A stretch of DNA of 64,000 nt from Eledone cirrhosa (GCA_964016885.1 OZ024746.1:31372001-31436000), one strand, 5' to 3'; numbered from the stretch's first letter, positions 38,701 through 51,826 are shown. Numbers and translations: made by a program. Notes: a model not told the origin generated them from the sequence alone.

Positions 38701-39049
38701 TAGCTTGATGTGTATTAATTATAATGCGATGAAAAAAATTGATTTAGGTTTTGATAGCTAACATTTGGAAATAGAATTTACCTAATAAAAATAAACCCTG
38801 ATAAGGGAAAATCCCCACATAATAAAAATATAACAATTTAAAATGATGCTTATATAGTTTGTGTTTATTCTTTATCAGATAAATTCTATTTCTTAATGTT
38901 AGCTATTAGAGCTTCGGTCCTTAACATCTAGGGCCGAAAAACTCACTTGGTTGCGGTGAATGGAGTTCTCTGAAGCCATTCTGCTGTCCAACTCTCCTGA
39001 AAGTTTCTTACCACTAATAGCTGCTAACATTAGAAAATAGAATGTATCA

Positions 39050-39345
39050 ATGTGCGTGAACGACCAAGCATGGACGAGTTGAGAGAGAAACTGTGTATAA
39101 GAGGAATAAGCTGTAGTGTGCAGGAGAGAAGACTACGTTGGCATGGCCATGTGATGCGCTGGGTGAAGTGTTAAGTAACTCGCAGTAGAGGAAGACCACG
39201 GAGAACATGGGTGGAGATGGTGAGAGCTGACCTCAGATCGCTGAAGCTCGCAGAGGAAATGACGAAGGACCACGACGATTGGAGAGGTGCTGAAGAGGAC
39301 CCGTCCCACCCTTGCAAGCAGGGAAAATCGGACGTAAAATGATGA
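39050..39345 (+). mobile_element. RTE 3' fragment inserted into a palindromic element (38810-39410)
   Basis: ELREKL.IRGISCSVQERRLRWHGHVMR..RGRPRRTW, then tail cccgtcccacccttgcaagcagggaaaatcggacgtaaaatgatgat. Confidence 0.8.
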
Positions 39346-40254
39346 TAAAGAATAAACCTAAACTATATAAACATCATTTTATATTGTTTTATTTTTATTT
39401 TGTGGGGATTTTGTTTGGTGGAGGTGGGATGGGTTTGTCTATGTTATTACAGATGGTTGGGTGATGTGTCGAGTGACTGGGTGAGAAGAGTGAATGCGCA
39501 AGGGAGAAGGGGTAGAATAACAAATAAAGAAAGAAATAAATAAAAGACGTGACTAGGAATGATGGACGGAGAAATGAAAGGCAGGGGTAGTGTAAAGGGA
39601 TGCAGGCGCTAGGACAAAATAGAAAAGCTCGTGAGGCCCCGCACAGCAAACCCCGGGGAAGACAGCCTTAAAACGTTAGTTGCTGTTGTTGCTATCGTGT
39701 CTCCAACAAACCAAAAGAAATAATACTCGCAACAGATTGATAAAACTGAAAAAAAGTACTAAATCAAAACACGGCCCTGAATTACATCAGAAGATATCTT
39801 TTGATAAACAAGATGATCACAGAAAAACATCTTCCACAATCGTTAAATATATATTGGTATCAACTTAAGTTGGAGAAAGCGAAAATGGAACGCTTTACTC
39901 AAAGGTCGTCTAATATAACCCAACATTTTAGGTTACAAATAAAGTAGTACATTTCAAATAAAGTAGTACAAAGCAAATTTATGTCGAACACTAACAATCA
40001 AAACTGAAAGTAAAAATCCTTTCATTATTGAATGCTTTTGTTCTTTATTTTCGAGCAATAAAATTTCCCTCAATCGGGGAGTTTATCGATTCCGTTATGA
40101 GTTCGAGTGCTAACAACGTCGAGATCCTATAAAATAAAAACATAATTTAAGTACTCGGTTAAGTAGGGACGTGCCCGGGTTAAGTAGGGATGTGTCCAGG
40201 TTAGCTTCCAAGTACGCGATGGCTGGGAGCCAAGTAAACATCCGTTTCACCACA

Positions 40255-41320
40255 ATATAAATTGATTTCTTTATAAATAAATAAAGCTGACGAAGGTGTA
40301 GCTAATATCATTCCATATTCCTCCTTGTTTATCTAAGTGGGAAGCTGCTTGCGACTTTAAAACAGGAATGTACACAATATGGCGACAGCTAGTTACATCA
40401 AGGAGAAATAAGATGTTTTATAGAAATCATTATTCCTTACATTCCACAAACCAACAGAAAGATTCAAGACAAAGAAAATGGGAAGCTGTGGCATTCAATC
40501 CATTCTGAAAATGTATAATTTCTAAGATATACAGAAAGAGAGCAAGAGAGGGAAGAATCGTTAAAAACATCAACATCGTGACAAGATCTGGACACAAATG
40601 GTAAATAAAACTGACTCCATCAACATACTTCCAACTTCATCAATTAACTGTTAACACATCGATGAATCAACTCATTATAAATGAGACATCGTTATTACTG
40701 ATAAAATATCTTTACTTTCTGCTCACTGTTTTGGCATTTACTACATGATCTGGCAAATTATTCCATTCACTAAAATCTTTTAGAAAAAATCCAAAGCAAA
40801 ATATTTTCTGATTTCTTTACAGCAGTGTATAACTGTGATCTGTTATTGCATTTTCACTTTCCTGGTGTACTTTATATGTTCTTATAACTTCTTCCATCAT
40901 TTTAAACACTTGTATCGTGCCCCCTCGTTGCTTTCTCTCCTCTAAAGTTGTAAATTCTACTAATTCAGTCCTTTAAGTTAAATTTCCATAAAGTATTTCT
41001 ATGAATATAAAAGCTTTCAATAAAGACATGATCTCAAAAATGTAAAGGAGGAATTTGTGTGCTTACCAGACGTAAATCCAACATGACATGCTTCGCAATA
41101 ATTATTCATAGCGATGTGCTAATGAAGATTTAAAGACAACAGACAACGCTAAAAGATGGAACTATGTTACATATATATATATATATGAATATATATAGTT
41201 ATATATGTATGGTGGTGACACGTGGAACGTTTAAAAATGAAACTGACTTAAGTTATGATCTTGTATACAAGTAGTAAAAAAAGGGGCGGATAACTCTCTT
41301 GCAAAATAGATGTCAGCACT
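40255..41320 (-). repeat. Local segmental duplicate of the TUT1 5' end (36950-37935)
   Basis: 40255-40700 matches 36955-37420 and 41045-41320 matches 37660-37935; a CR1 remnant (~40700-40990) interrupts this copy. Confidence 0.92.
41067..41109 (-). CDS. TUT1: Duplicate, intact first coding exon of TUT1 (candidate alternative exon 1)
   Basis: ATG..MNNYCEACHVGFTS+G|gtaagc; same 43-nt length, phase and donor as 37681-37723 (MNNYCEICHIGFTS). Confidence 0.65.
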
Positions 41321-42139
41321 TATCATTCTTGATGAAGCATAACAGTCAGAGGCGTTCTAGTTGTGACCATCTCATCCCATCTTTTTTTATAAAGGCAGCG
41401 AATAATAGTCGGAGTTGTTGGGGCTTTGGATAGAATGCCTGGCATTATTTATTCCGAATCCCGCCAAGATCACCTTTGCTTTTCACTCTTTCAGGGGTTG
41501 ATAAATGAAGTACCGGTTATGCACAGGGGCGATTTCGCCAACTCCTTTATTTTTTCTAAGTGAAGCAGCCAAGAGCTAAGAAAGGAGCATTCAGGTCGCA
41601 GTTCCATCAATCGTTTCCCCAACACAATGTGTGTGGACACGAAAATAATCTTTTGGGGAGTATTTAAACAACCATTATTCAATGAGAACGTATGTTGTTT
41701 TGGGACGCATAATATGCGAATGGTTAAGAATTTCGCTTCGCAATCATTAAGTCCCACATTCGAACCCTCTATGTGACATCTTTGGTCAGTGTTATTTACC
41801 ATCGCCTTACATCAACACCTGCCTTGTAAGTGGAATTGGGTAGAGGAAAACTCTCGAAGTACGTCAGAATCTCCTGATAAATACGTTAAAATTACCTGTA
41901 TTGTGGAATACTCAGGCACTTACATGTTAATTTCATGATCAGGTTGTTCCATTGATGGAACAACTGCAACACTCATCGTTGAAACCGATGTAAGTTCATC
42001 GACGTTGTTGTTTTTAGCCCCAGTGAGTTAAAACAATACAGTTCTTCCTGCCTTGTAAAACAACTCACCTAGGATCAAAAGCCTTCGAGTCCAGCCATTT
42101 GTAAACCATTCCATATCTTTGTATATCAAGAACATTGTT

Positions 42140-42469
42140 CAGGGTGGTCCGAAAGTCTTGTCACATATTGTTTTAACTTTCATTATCTTTTGTTTTAATA
42201 ATATAATATATAATATCATTAATTATAATATATAATAATAATAATATAATTTTCAATTTCAGAGCTCCTACAGTTTGCAAGAGAGGCTGCTTGCAAGTGT
42301 ATGGACGCATGATCGTGTGTATTCTGGCAAGAGCATGGAGGATGTGTGACATGACTTCACTGCAAGATTTGGCAAACCAGCTTCTCCGAAGAGGACGATA
42401 CTGCAATGGGAACATAAACTGTTTCTCATTACCTTTTGGTAGGGGTGACAAGACTTTCGGACCACCCTG
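42140..42469 (+). mobile_element. Internally deleted Tc1/mariner element
   Basis: Perfect 25-bp TIR cagggtggtccgaaagtcttgtcac; TA on the right; internal transposase N-terminal remnant (DFTARFGKPASPKRTILQWEHKLF). Confidence 0.85.
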
Positions 42470-42504
42470 TACAATGCATTCTTCTTTATTTAACACGGTA
42501 ATGT

Positions 42505-43230
42505 ACACTCTGTAGTGGTAGTGCTGGTGTTACATTAAAATACACCCAATACTCTTTGTAAAGTGGTGGTGCCACAATCAAAATACACCAGGTACACTCT
42601 ATAAAGTGTTAGTGGTGTTGCCATAATAAAATACACCCAGTACATTCTGTAAAGGAGTAGTGATGGTGCCAAAATAAAATACACCTGGTACATCCTGTGA
42701 AGAAGTACTGCCAGTAGTATGATAAAATCTATTCAATATACTCTATTGTGATTGTGGTGGTGCCACAATAAAATACACCCAGTACACTCTGTAAAATGCC
42801 ACAATAAAATACAGCCAACAGTCTGTAACATGCAAATGATGGTGCCATGATAAAATACACCCAGTACACTTTGTAAAGCAGTAGTGATGTCACAATAAAA
42901 TATACCCAGTAGACTCTGTGAAGTTTCAGTGCCGGTTTCACAATAAAATACACCCAGTACATCCTGTAAAGTGGTTGTGATGGTGCTATGATAAAATACA
43001 CTCTGTGAGGTGGTAGTGATGATGCCATAATAAATACGCTTTGTAAAGTGGCATTGCTGGTGCCATGATAAAACACACCCAGTAGATTCTGTAAAGTGGT
43101 AGTACTGGTGCCATGAAAAAATGCCCCCATACATTACTGGTGCCCTGATAAAATAAACCCAGTATACTTTGTAAAGTGGAAGTGCTGGTGTCATGATAAA
43201 ATACATGCAGTACACACTGTAAAGTGGTTT
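42505..43230. repeat. ~45-nt minisatellite array
   Basis: About 16 degenerate units; source of spurious ORFs 42729-43234. Confidence 0.9.
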
Positions 43231-43339
43231 CCATTAGTTAAGAAACTCCTGGCTGTCAGAATGTGTTATGGACTGGATCCCATGAGGAGGGACGATTTGC
43301 CTCTTGAAGCTGAAGCTGAAAGGTAGGTGTCTGTGGGTG

Positions 43340-43740
43340 ATGTTCAAATACAGATTCTTCCTTGGTGAAGTCACTGCAGAGTTAGATGTAGTTAAGACTG
43401 AGTCATATATCCTGATGGGAGACATCAATGCACATGTTGGCACTGACCACCTGACATGGAGAGGAGGGATTGGAAGGAACGGTAACCCCGATTTAACTAC
43501 AAATGGAGAGGTCATATTAGACTTCTGTTCTAGCAATGGACTCTATTATGAACACCTTCTTCCAGCACAGAGACATCCATAAATATAGAGGATATACGAC
43601 AAATCAGGACAGAGATCAATAATTGATTTTATTATTGACTCTGATCTCTTTGATTCTGCACTGGATGTTAAGAGGGGCTAGGCTGTCAAATGATCAACAT
43701 CTAGTTATCTGCAGCTTGGGACTACCTAAAGCCAAAGAAA
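43340..43740 (+). mobile_element. LINE APE-endonuclease remnant (RTE-like)
   Basis: ILMGDINAHVG..WRGGIGRNG..NGEVILDFCSSNGL..QRSIIDFI..LSNDQHLV. Confidence 0.8.
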
Positions 43741-43937
43741 GAACAACCTTTCTGCAGATTTTACAGATATGCTCCAACCAGATATCCTTCGAGACTGAGT
43801 CTACATCACCTTTCATGAGTGCTCTTTTAAACACTAAATGTTCAGTCCTTTTAACCTCAATGTATATATATAAATATTAGTGAAGTAATTCCGCCGGAAA
43901 GGTCCAGGAAAAAAGAGTGCTCTATGTAGGTTATATA

Positions 43938-43980
<43 letters not shown>

Positions 43981-44050
43981 CCGTCCTACCACCATCCTAA
44001 ACCTTGTTTTTAGTAACCACACAGCTCCTTTCGTTTCATAACTTTTTGTA

Positions 44051-46625
44051 TCATCATCATCATCATCATCAACGTTTAACGTCCGTGTTCCACGCTTGCA
44101 TGGGTTTGGACGGGGGTTTTCCCACTTGAGGCAAGAGTGGTTGTCTTGCTCGCATAGGACTGTCTGGCGGGTTTTCTACAGTTGGATGCCCTTCCTAACA
44201 CCAACCACATTTACAGTGTGGGGCTGGGAGGTTTTTACCGTGTTGCCTACACGGCCACATTTACAGCGTGGACTGTGTGTTTTTTGTCGTGACACCTACA
44301 CGATCTCATTTGTTTCGGCCTGGATGTTGTGGGACCAACATAACTGTACATTGAAAGGGGTGGAGGTGGTGGGACGGGGGGGGGGGGGAGTTTGATAGAG
44401 ATGCCTACTGACTGTAGTAGGTTTTTACTTTGTATTTAGGTAAGGCGGGTCTTCTCTATTACTGAGTACCGCCAAAGGTCTCGGTCCAGTGACATTGTCT
44501 TGGAGAGGTGTAAGCGTGTGAGGTCGGAATTTATCAGCTCGTCCCATGTTTTTCTGGGTCTGCCTACTCCGTGGCTACCGTCTATCTTTATTGCCCTGCA
44601 CTTTGTTATACAGCTGTCGTCTTTCATACGCATCACGTGTCCATACCAACGTAGCCTTCTCTCGAGTAAACAACATCTGATCCCTCTTATTTCTAATTTT
44701 TTCCTTAGTTCGTTTATGCTTTGCCGTTCACGTATATTACTATTACACATCCAGCGGAGCATGCAAGCTTCGTTCCTCTCTAGTCTGCGTATATCCTCTG
44801 CACACAATGCCCAGGTCTCACTGCCATGCAGCATTGCTGTTCGTATGCAGGCATCGTATAACCTGCCTTTCATTTTTAGGGAGAACCCTCTAGCGGCTAA
44901 TAGTGGTATAAGCTCTCTGAACTTTTTCCATCCAGTTCTGACTCTAGCTACTGTACTTTCAGAGAACCCTCCCCCACTGCTGATTTTGTCACCCAGGTAA
45001 CGGAAGCTGTCCACTATTTCTATAGAACCCTCTGCGCAGTTGAAGGAGCTAGTATTTTGTGGGCACTTGCTGCTACTTATTGCACCAGAGCACCGGCCAC
45101 ATGTAAAATCTATGTTCTTAGTTAGCTTACCTGTGATCCCACTACATCTTTTATGCACCCATACTTTGCATTTGGGACATAAAATGGAGTTTCTACCTAC
45201 GCCTTTCCTACACACTGAGCATGGCCATTTCCCAGATGGGACTGCCGCCTTATTTTCTTTCCTACAAACTAGAACTTTAGTCTTAGCCAGGTTAATTTTA
45301 AGGCCTTTTGATTCTAGGCCGTGCTTCCATGTTTGGAATTTCTTCTCTAGTTCGGTCATTGATTCAGCTATGAGCGTTAGATCATCTGCGTATAGGAGTT
45401 CCCATGGGCAGCCGGTCTTGAACTCCTCTGTTATAGCCTGAAGGGCAATAATAAATAGTAGGGGGCTAAGAACAGAGCCCTGATGGACACCAACTTTTAC
45501 GCTAAACTCTTCACTATATTCGTTGTTAATTCTAACCTTACTGACTGTTTCTTTATACATGGCTTGTATAGCTCTCACAAGCCATTCGTCAACACCTAGT
45601 TTTCTAAGAGACCACCAGATAATGGAACGGGGGACTCTGTCGAAGGCTTTCTCCAAGTCGACGAAAGCTAAGTATAGGGGTTTACTTTTAGCTAGGTACT
45701 TCTCCTGTAGTTGTCGTACAATGAAAAGAGCGTCTGTGGTACTTTTGCCTGACACAAATCCTTACTGCATTTCATCTAGATCAATTCTCTCTCTGATTAG
45801 TTGCGCTATTACTTTTTCCGTGACCTTCATGACCTGGTCGATTAATTTAATGCCTCTATAGTTACTCCTATCTAGGGCATCTCCTTTTCCCTTATAGCAG
45901 TTAACGATGATGCTGCTACGCCAGTCCTTCGGAACAACCCCATTCTGTACGACTTGGTTAACTATCCGGGTGACCATGGTGTGTCCCACCGAACCAGATG
46001 CCTTCAGCATCTCAGCAACTATTTCCGAAGGACCAGCCGCCTTACCCGTCTTCATATCTTTGATTGCCTTGCTTATTGTACTACCCTGGACTAACACTGC
46101 TGGTCCCTCTATTGGGTCGATGTGGGGGAGACTGTCTTTCTCCCATTTGTTCTCCTCATTTAGAAGCCTTTCGTAGTGACACTTCCAAGCTACCTTCTTA
46201 TCAGCGTCGGTGATGGCAAGTATGCCATCATCGTTAAGCACACACTTCTCCCCGACAATATCACGGTTTTCCTTGACACATTGCCTGGCAATCCTGAACA
46301 CCTCACGTTTTTGGTCCTCACGTTGTAGAACATGCTTGAACTTTCTTTCCTCTGCTTCCCTTCTTGCGAAGTACACTTGTCTCCTAGCTTCCCTCCTGGC
46401 CACCTGATAGTCTTCTCTACTTCCCCCATCCCGCCATGCTTTCCAAGCCTGCTTTTTGGCCTTAATTGACTCCTCCACCACCATGTTACTCTCCTCCTAC
46501 CTACAGGCCTGCTCCAGCCACAGACTTCGTCTGCCGCCGTCAGCAGGTTTGCTCTCAGGAATCCCACTGTTCCTCTATATTATACGACTCTAATTGCTCT
46601 TCCTTACTGTTGAAAGCGTCAAGTA
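44051..46625 (-). mobile_element. RTE-clade LINE, 5'-truncated, young (RT domain, Cys/His finger, 3' UTR, (GAT)n tail)
   Basis: ORFs 45762-46484 and 44436-45755 are in frame and separated by one TAA. RT motifs FVDLEKAFDRV, GVHQGSVLSPLLF, YADD, FRYLG. Tail (tca)n at 44051-44070. Confidence 0.96.
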
Positions 46626-46829
46626 ATATATATATATATTTATTAAAGCGTCAAGTATATATATATATATATTTATTAAAATAACAGATTAAAGTTTAAT
46701 CTGTTATTTTAATAAATATTTGCTCTACGGTTCTTATATATTTGATATATATTTATCCTTATCGAGCCCTCTTTGGATTTTAGTCTTCAAATTTATTATT
46801 ATTACTATATATATATATATATATATATA

Positions 46830-47150
46830 TACGATATATTAACAAATGGAAACTATATTTATAAAACCATATTTATTTCATTATACATATTTCAAGGACA
46901 CCAAGTCAAATTATGGTGCGCTTTCATCAGATAAAATATAATATAGATCAGTTTTATAAATAAATATTGACATACCCTTAAAGAATGCGACCATTTCTGT
47001 TGGAAGGGGAGCTTCCAACAGAAATGGTTGCATTATATTATATTTTATCTGATGAAAGCGCACCATAATTTGACTTGGTGTCCTTGAAATATGTATAATG
47101 AAATAAATATGGTTTTATAAATATAGTTTCCATTTGTTAATATATCGTAT
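46830..47150. repeat. Fold-back element with identical ~115-bp outer arms and inner hairpin
   Basis: 46830-46945 is the reverse complement of 47035-47150; inner stem aatgcgaccatttctgttggaag/cttccaacagaaatggttgcatt; (TA)n on both sides. Confidence 0.92.
47041..47105 (+). ncRNA. Minimal hammerhead ribozyme motif (identical mirror copy on - strand, 46874-46938)
   Basis: tattttat-CTGATGA-aag.cgcacca(loop)tggtg.tc.ctt-GAA-ata(tg)tat-A-atgaaata: 8-bp stem I, near-palindromic stem III; A-U instead of G-C at the base of stem II. Confidence 0.62.
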
Positions 47151-47259
47151 TTTTACTCCAATAATTTGTTGAGTGCTTTATATCAGTTATAAAAATATTT
47201 GCTTGTTGTATCCCAACAATTTAAATATAACTTCTACATATATATATATATAGGAAAAA

Positions 47260-47615
47260 AGTTAGGACCCCGACGGCTGATGGGTAAGAGACAAAGGTCT
47301 CATCTAGGACACCACATCAGTGACTCTTCTGCTCCCTCCCACATCATGGATGCTGTGGTAAATGAGGGTCATTGCTGAACGGAATAAAATCCTAAAATAC
47401 TGGGAGCTATCATATAACTATTTTCTCCAGGCTGTGGAGTTAAAGACATTTGGTGGAGCTGGGTCACTGACAGCGAAGTTCTTGTCATCGTTGGCGGCTC
47501 GCCTTACCAAGGTGTCAGGTGATTCCCCCGAGGGTGCTTAGTTGTTTCAGTGCCTTAGCCTCGACATCACACACGTTAATGCTGCGAGCATGTTGGCTTG
47601 CCTCAAAGGATTACT
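47260..47615 (+). mobile_element. CRE-like RLE retrotransposon fragment (family of 16310-16990)
   Basis: Nucleotide similarity to 16430-16755 (acatcagtgactcttctgct..aaaatcctaaaatactg..gctgcgagcatgttggcttgcctcaaa). Confidence 0.8.
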
Positions 47616-48118
47616 AGACCCTTGTTGAGTGTGACCGACGGACACAGCGATGAATTATGGGTTTTTTCTCGCAATGATCATATACTTTTGTGCATTATAT
47701 TAATAATGTTCCTTGCAATAACTAATTGTATTTATTGTGTTTATAGAATTATTCTGTCAGAAGTATTCACACAAGCTAAAGCGAGTACAGCGTGGTAGTC
47801 ATTTTAGCTAATTCAAAACTGTTAATTTCACTACATATATTTCTTCGTGTCACAAACAGTGCGGTGAAATTTTGACATGCTTTAACAACTCCTCCACAAT
47901 AATAATAAACAAATTCATAAAACTAATTAATTCGAAATATTCTCCATTGTGTGGAGAGTTCATTTCCGGAACCAGAAACCGAAAATTCCGGAAGTGTAAA
48001 TAAACGGTATTGTAATCAACCAATGAAATCAATTTAGCTGAATAGCTGCACGCACGCGCAATTGCAGTAATTCCATCGTCGAAGAAATTTGAAAGACGAA
48101 AACGTATTTGTTGCAGCA

Positions 48119-49071
48119 ATGTCGCGGAGAAGACACGATTCCTGCAGTGACGAAGAAGACAGTAAGTTTATTGGAGTTATTTTTATAATCCTAACACTGT
48201 TATATAGTTGATATTTACGTTGTGTGTCTGTTATTAAATGTAATGTTTATAACACATAAAACCCCTTACACATAGCCCCGACTCCCAGCTGACACGCCGA
48301 TTCTTGTTTTGACAAAAGAAAAATACTGAAGTTTATTTAAATATAAATGCAATATTTATAATTAAATAGGATTTACAAAAGAAATAAAATCAATAGAATT
48401 TAACCAGAGCTAAAAAGCAAAAAAATAATTATGGGGAGAAGACGTAGAAACTCGATGTTGTTTTGTTTGTAACCTCATTTTTTTCTGTTCATATTTTTCA
48501 ATTTTCATATTTAATCAAGATTCTTATAAATAAATTAATATTTGATTGTTTGTGGTGATTCTACTGTCGCAAAAGTAATATATTCGAGAAATTCCCTCAC
48601 CAAATCGCAGCATCTATTGGTTTTTTTGTTTAAATTAAAATCTGCCAACAACTTTATACAATGTCTGCTCCCTCTTCAACATTTACCTTGTTTGTTTGTA
48701 AATCGTAAATTATATTTTGATTTTCATGTTGTTTTGATTTATTATATTTTACCTTGATTTTTGGATCCTGCTCATCTACGTAATCATAAATCTGCTACCT
48801 GCCTTCATTTTCTATATTTAGTGTTTGTATATGTATGCGTATATATATATATATATATGTATATATGATGGCTGCCCCCTCGTTATCGAGTATGGCCATT
48901 GCACGATATAACATTATTAATAATCAATTAATTCTATCGTGCATGCCTGATAAAATGAGGAAAGACTGCACTGAGCCAATCCCAGGTTTTATGTGTAAAT
49001 ATGTATATACATGTATGCATGTGTATGTGTGTGTATATACATGTATGCATGTGTATATGTATATATATGTG

Positions 49072-49104
<33 letters not shown>

Positions 49105-49298
49105 ATATATATGTATATGTATATATGTGTGTGTGTGTGTATGTGTACATGTATGTATGCGCGGGGACAGAATTAATCGGGCTGGATACCCGATTGCGTG
49201 GTTAAACCACTGGGAGTGAAGGACCTCTAGCCTTTGTCAGGGCATTCTTCTAGGAGACGGCAACTCAGGAAACTAGAATAACTCCGACATAAAACCTA

Positions 49299-49329
<31 letters not shown>

Positions 49330-51771
49330 TAGATCCGAACTAAACACACATATAGAGAGATATAGAAACCCAAATTTTCTAATTTGCCCTTAATAAAGAA
49401 AACATTAATCTCTACCATGGTATTGTATACTCACACTGGCGACTAAAAATACGAAATAGGGAAAACATATATATATATATACACATAAATGTGAGGAATC
49501 AAAAGATATAAAATATTTTTGATTTTTGTGCTTCTGAATAAACAAGCTCAATAGACTTTGTCCAGAGCCATAATAATTCTTTTACATTTGAATTATATAT
49601 ATATGGCTGGCACCACATTAGAACCAAAACAGTCACCAAGGAAGTGCAGCCATCAAAGAGGCCTCTTACTGACAAGGCTAGTGTCAAGATTAAAACCAAC
49701 TAGACAACCACCTAGGGGGCCATTCCAATGAAATTAAACAGGGGTCTGTCCTGAAGGTCCTCAGATTTTCTTCTTCGCCAGATATTGGTATCCATGAGAG
49801 TAGTAATTCCTGAAAATTTCAGCTCCATAGTGCTTACTTATCAGATTTTATGGCCAATTAAACATTTGGGCAATTTTCGAAATTTTGAAAATATTGAATT
49901 TATTTGATTTTTAGATACCTATTACTCCAAAGTGGCTTTGAAACTTGATTTCCTTTATTTTCACTGTCTGATGTCGCTCAAACACTAAAAGCCAATTGCT
50001 AAGGTGGCCATTAAAAAAAAAATGTTATCTGAAAAATTTTAGTCTTGGGGTCTATTTTTGGAAAACTCAGGGTTTAGGTGGCTGTTACTGAATAGCAATA
50101 ACTGTTGAGCACTCCATCTTCTCTAATCATGCAGTATGGTTTGGAAACTTGACAGAACACTTGAATTCAGTTACACTGAAAATGAGGCCTTTGGGTATCA
50201 AGAGGGTTAAAAAGTGGAAAAACATAGATAACAACATAAGATTTACCATATAACGCCCTGATAAAAATGTCTCCTTGTCTCTGTCTAGCTTAGAATAACA
50301 GCAGAGATCTGTTTGTGCATTATAGATCAGCCCTTCCCTTTGGTGCTAAAACGGGATACATAAGAAATGAACTTACGCATATCTGGAATAAATGCAGGAA
50401 GACAGGATCAGATCACTCACACTGCACACTTCATGGATATACTAAAGACGAACGGACACCCACAGTGAATCGTCTTAGGAATTGAAAGCGCTGCAGCAAT
50501 AAGACCTCTAACACCTGCTTCATAGTGAAAGCATAACCACAACTAGAGTCATCTACATCACAGAATTCTAGGAGTCTTGCTCCTTCATTTCTCTTGCAGG
50601 TTGATATTAAAACAGTTAATTGAATCTACTATATTTGCTGGCTTTCTACTTGTAAAATTCACATGTAAATGATTGAGTATTCCTCAGATACAGATATCAA
50701 TTCTCAGGCAGATTCACTGTGACACACCCTTTGAATTACAGGTACAGTCCACTTGTCCTGTATTGGAAATGGCTAAGTATTCCACTGATACATGTATCTT
50801 TAATGTTATTCTCAGGGAGATTCAGCTTGACATGGCTGTATCTAGTGGAATCTAATGTTAAACTGGTTAAAAAACTCCACTCGTTAGCTCAATGAAACAT
50901 AACTGCAACCAATCTTTACAAACTTTAAACCAAGCCAACTCAAACCCTAACGCCAACCAGCCCGAACACCAACCGGCCCTAACCCTAGTAAACCCTAATC
51001 TTAAATACTAATTACTATGTGAATATTATTGCAGCTCGTCCAAGGAAGCGGAGGAGGACTAATGATGGTCAAGATATTGAAGAAAGTTTGGAATCTTTGA
51101 TTACCAGAGTTGGAGAAAAGGTATGTAAATGTGCTATATATGTTGTGAGGTCAGGTCTTTCTTGGTCTCCCTCTACTGCAGCTTCCTTCCACTGGGATTT
51201 CTAGGCATTTGTTCACCTAATGATCATCTTCCATATGCATCACATGTCTATATCAATGCAGTCTTCTCCCTTGTGCACCACATCTGATTCCTCTTATACC
51301 CAGCTTTTCTCTCAGCTCATCCATCCTTTGTTGTTCACACACATTAACATTACGCATCTATCGAAGCATGCTTCCTTCATTCCTCTTCAGCCTTCACATA
51401 TCCTCTACATTCACTACCCATGTTTCATTACCATGCAACATCGCACATCACAGATAGGCATACAGCTGGCCTTTTGTTTGTAGAGAAAACACTTTTGTTT
51501 TCAACAGAGGTAGTAGCTCCTTAAACTTTTTCCATCCACCCTGTCCTTATTCTGTCTATGAAACAATGTCTGTGTGACTGTTCAGGAAACTCTTAGGCTA
51601 ACACTACCACATTACAGAGTGTAATGCATGTATTTTATGACACCAACACTATTGCGTTACAATGTGTGTGTATATATATAATATTATAAGTACAGATAAA
51701 AGTTGAAACAGAATTGCTGCTTTCACCCTTTACGGGATCTTCTTTACTTATAATAAATATTTGCTCTATGG

Positions 51772-51826
<55 letters not shown>

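Noticed and set aside
46668-46720. Perfect ~25-bp-arm AT-rich palindrome at the RTE truncation point
   Set aside because: Probably a by-product of insertion or repair in the TA tract; no evidence of function.
50935-51005. Telomere-like CCCTAA repeats
   Set aside because: Few, degenerate and intronic; probably part of a repeat element.
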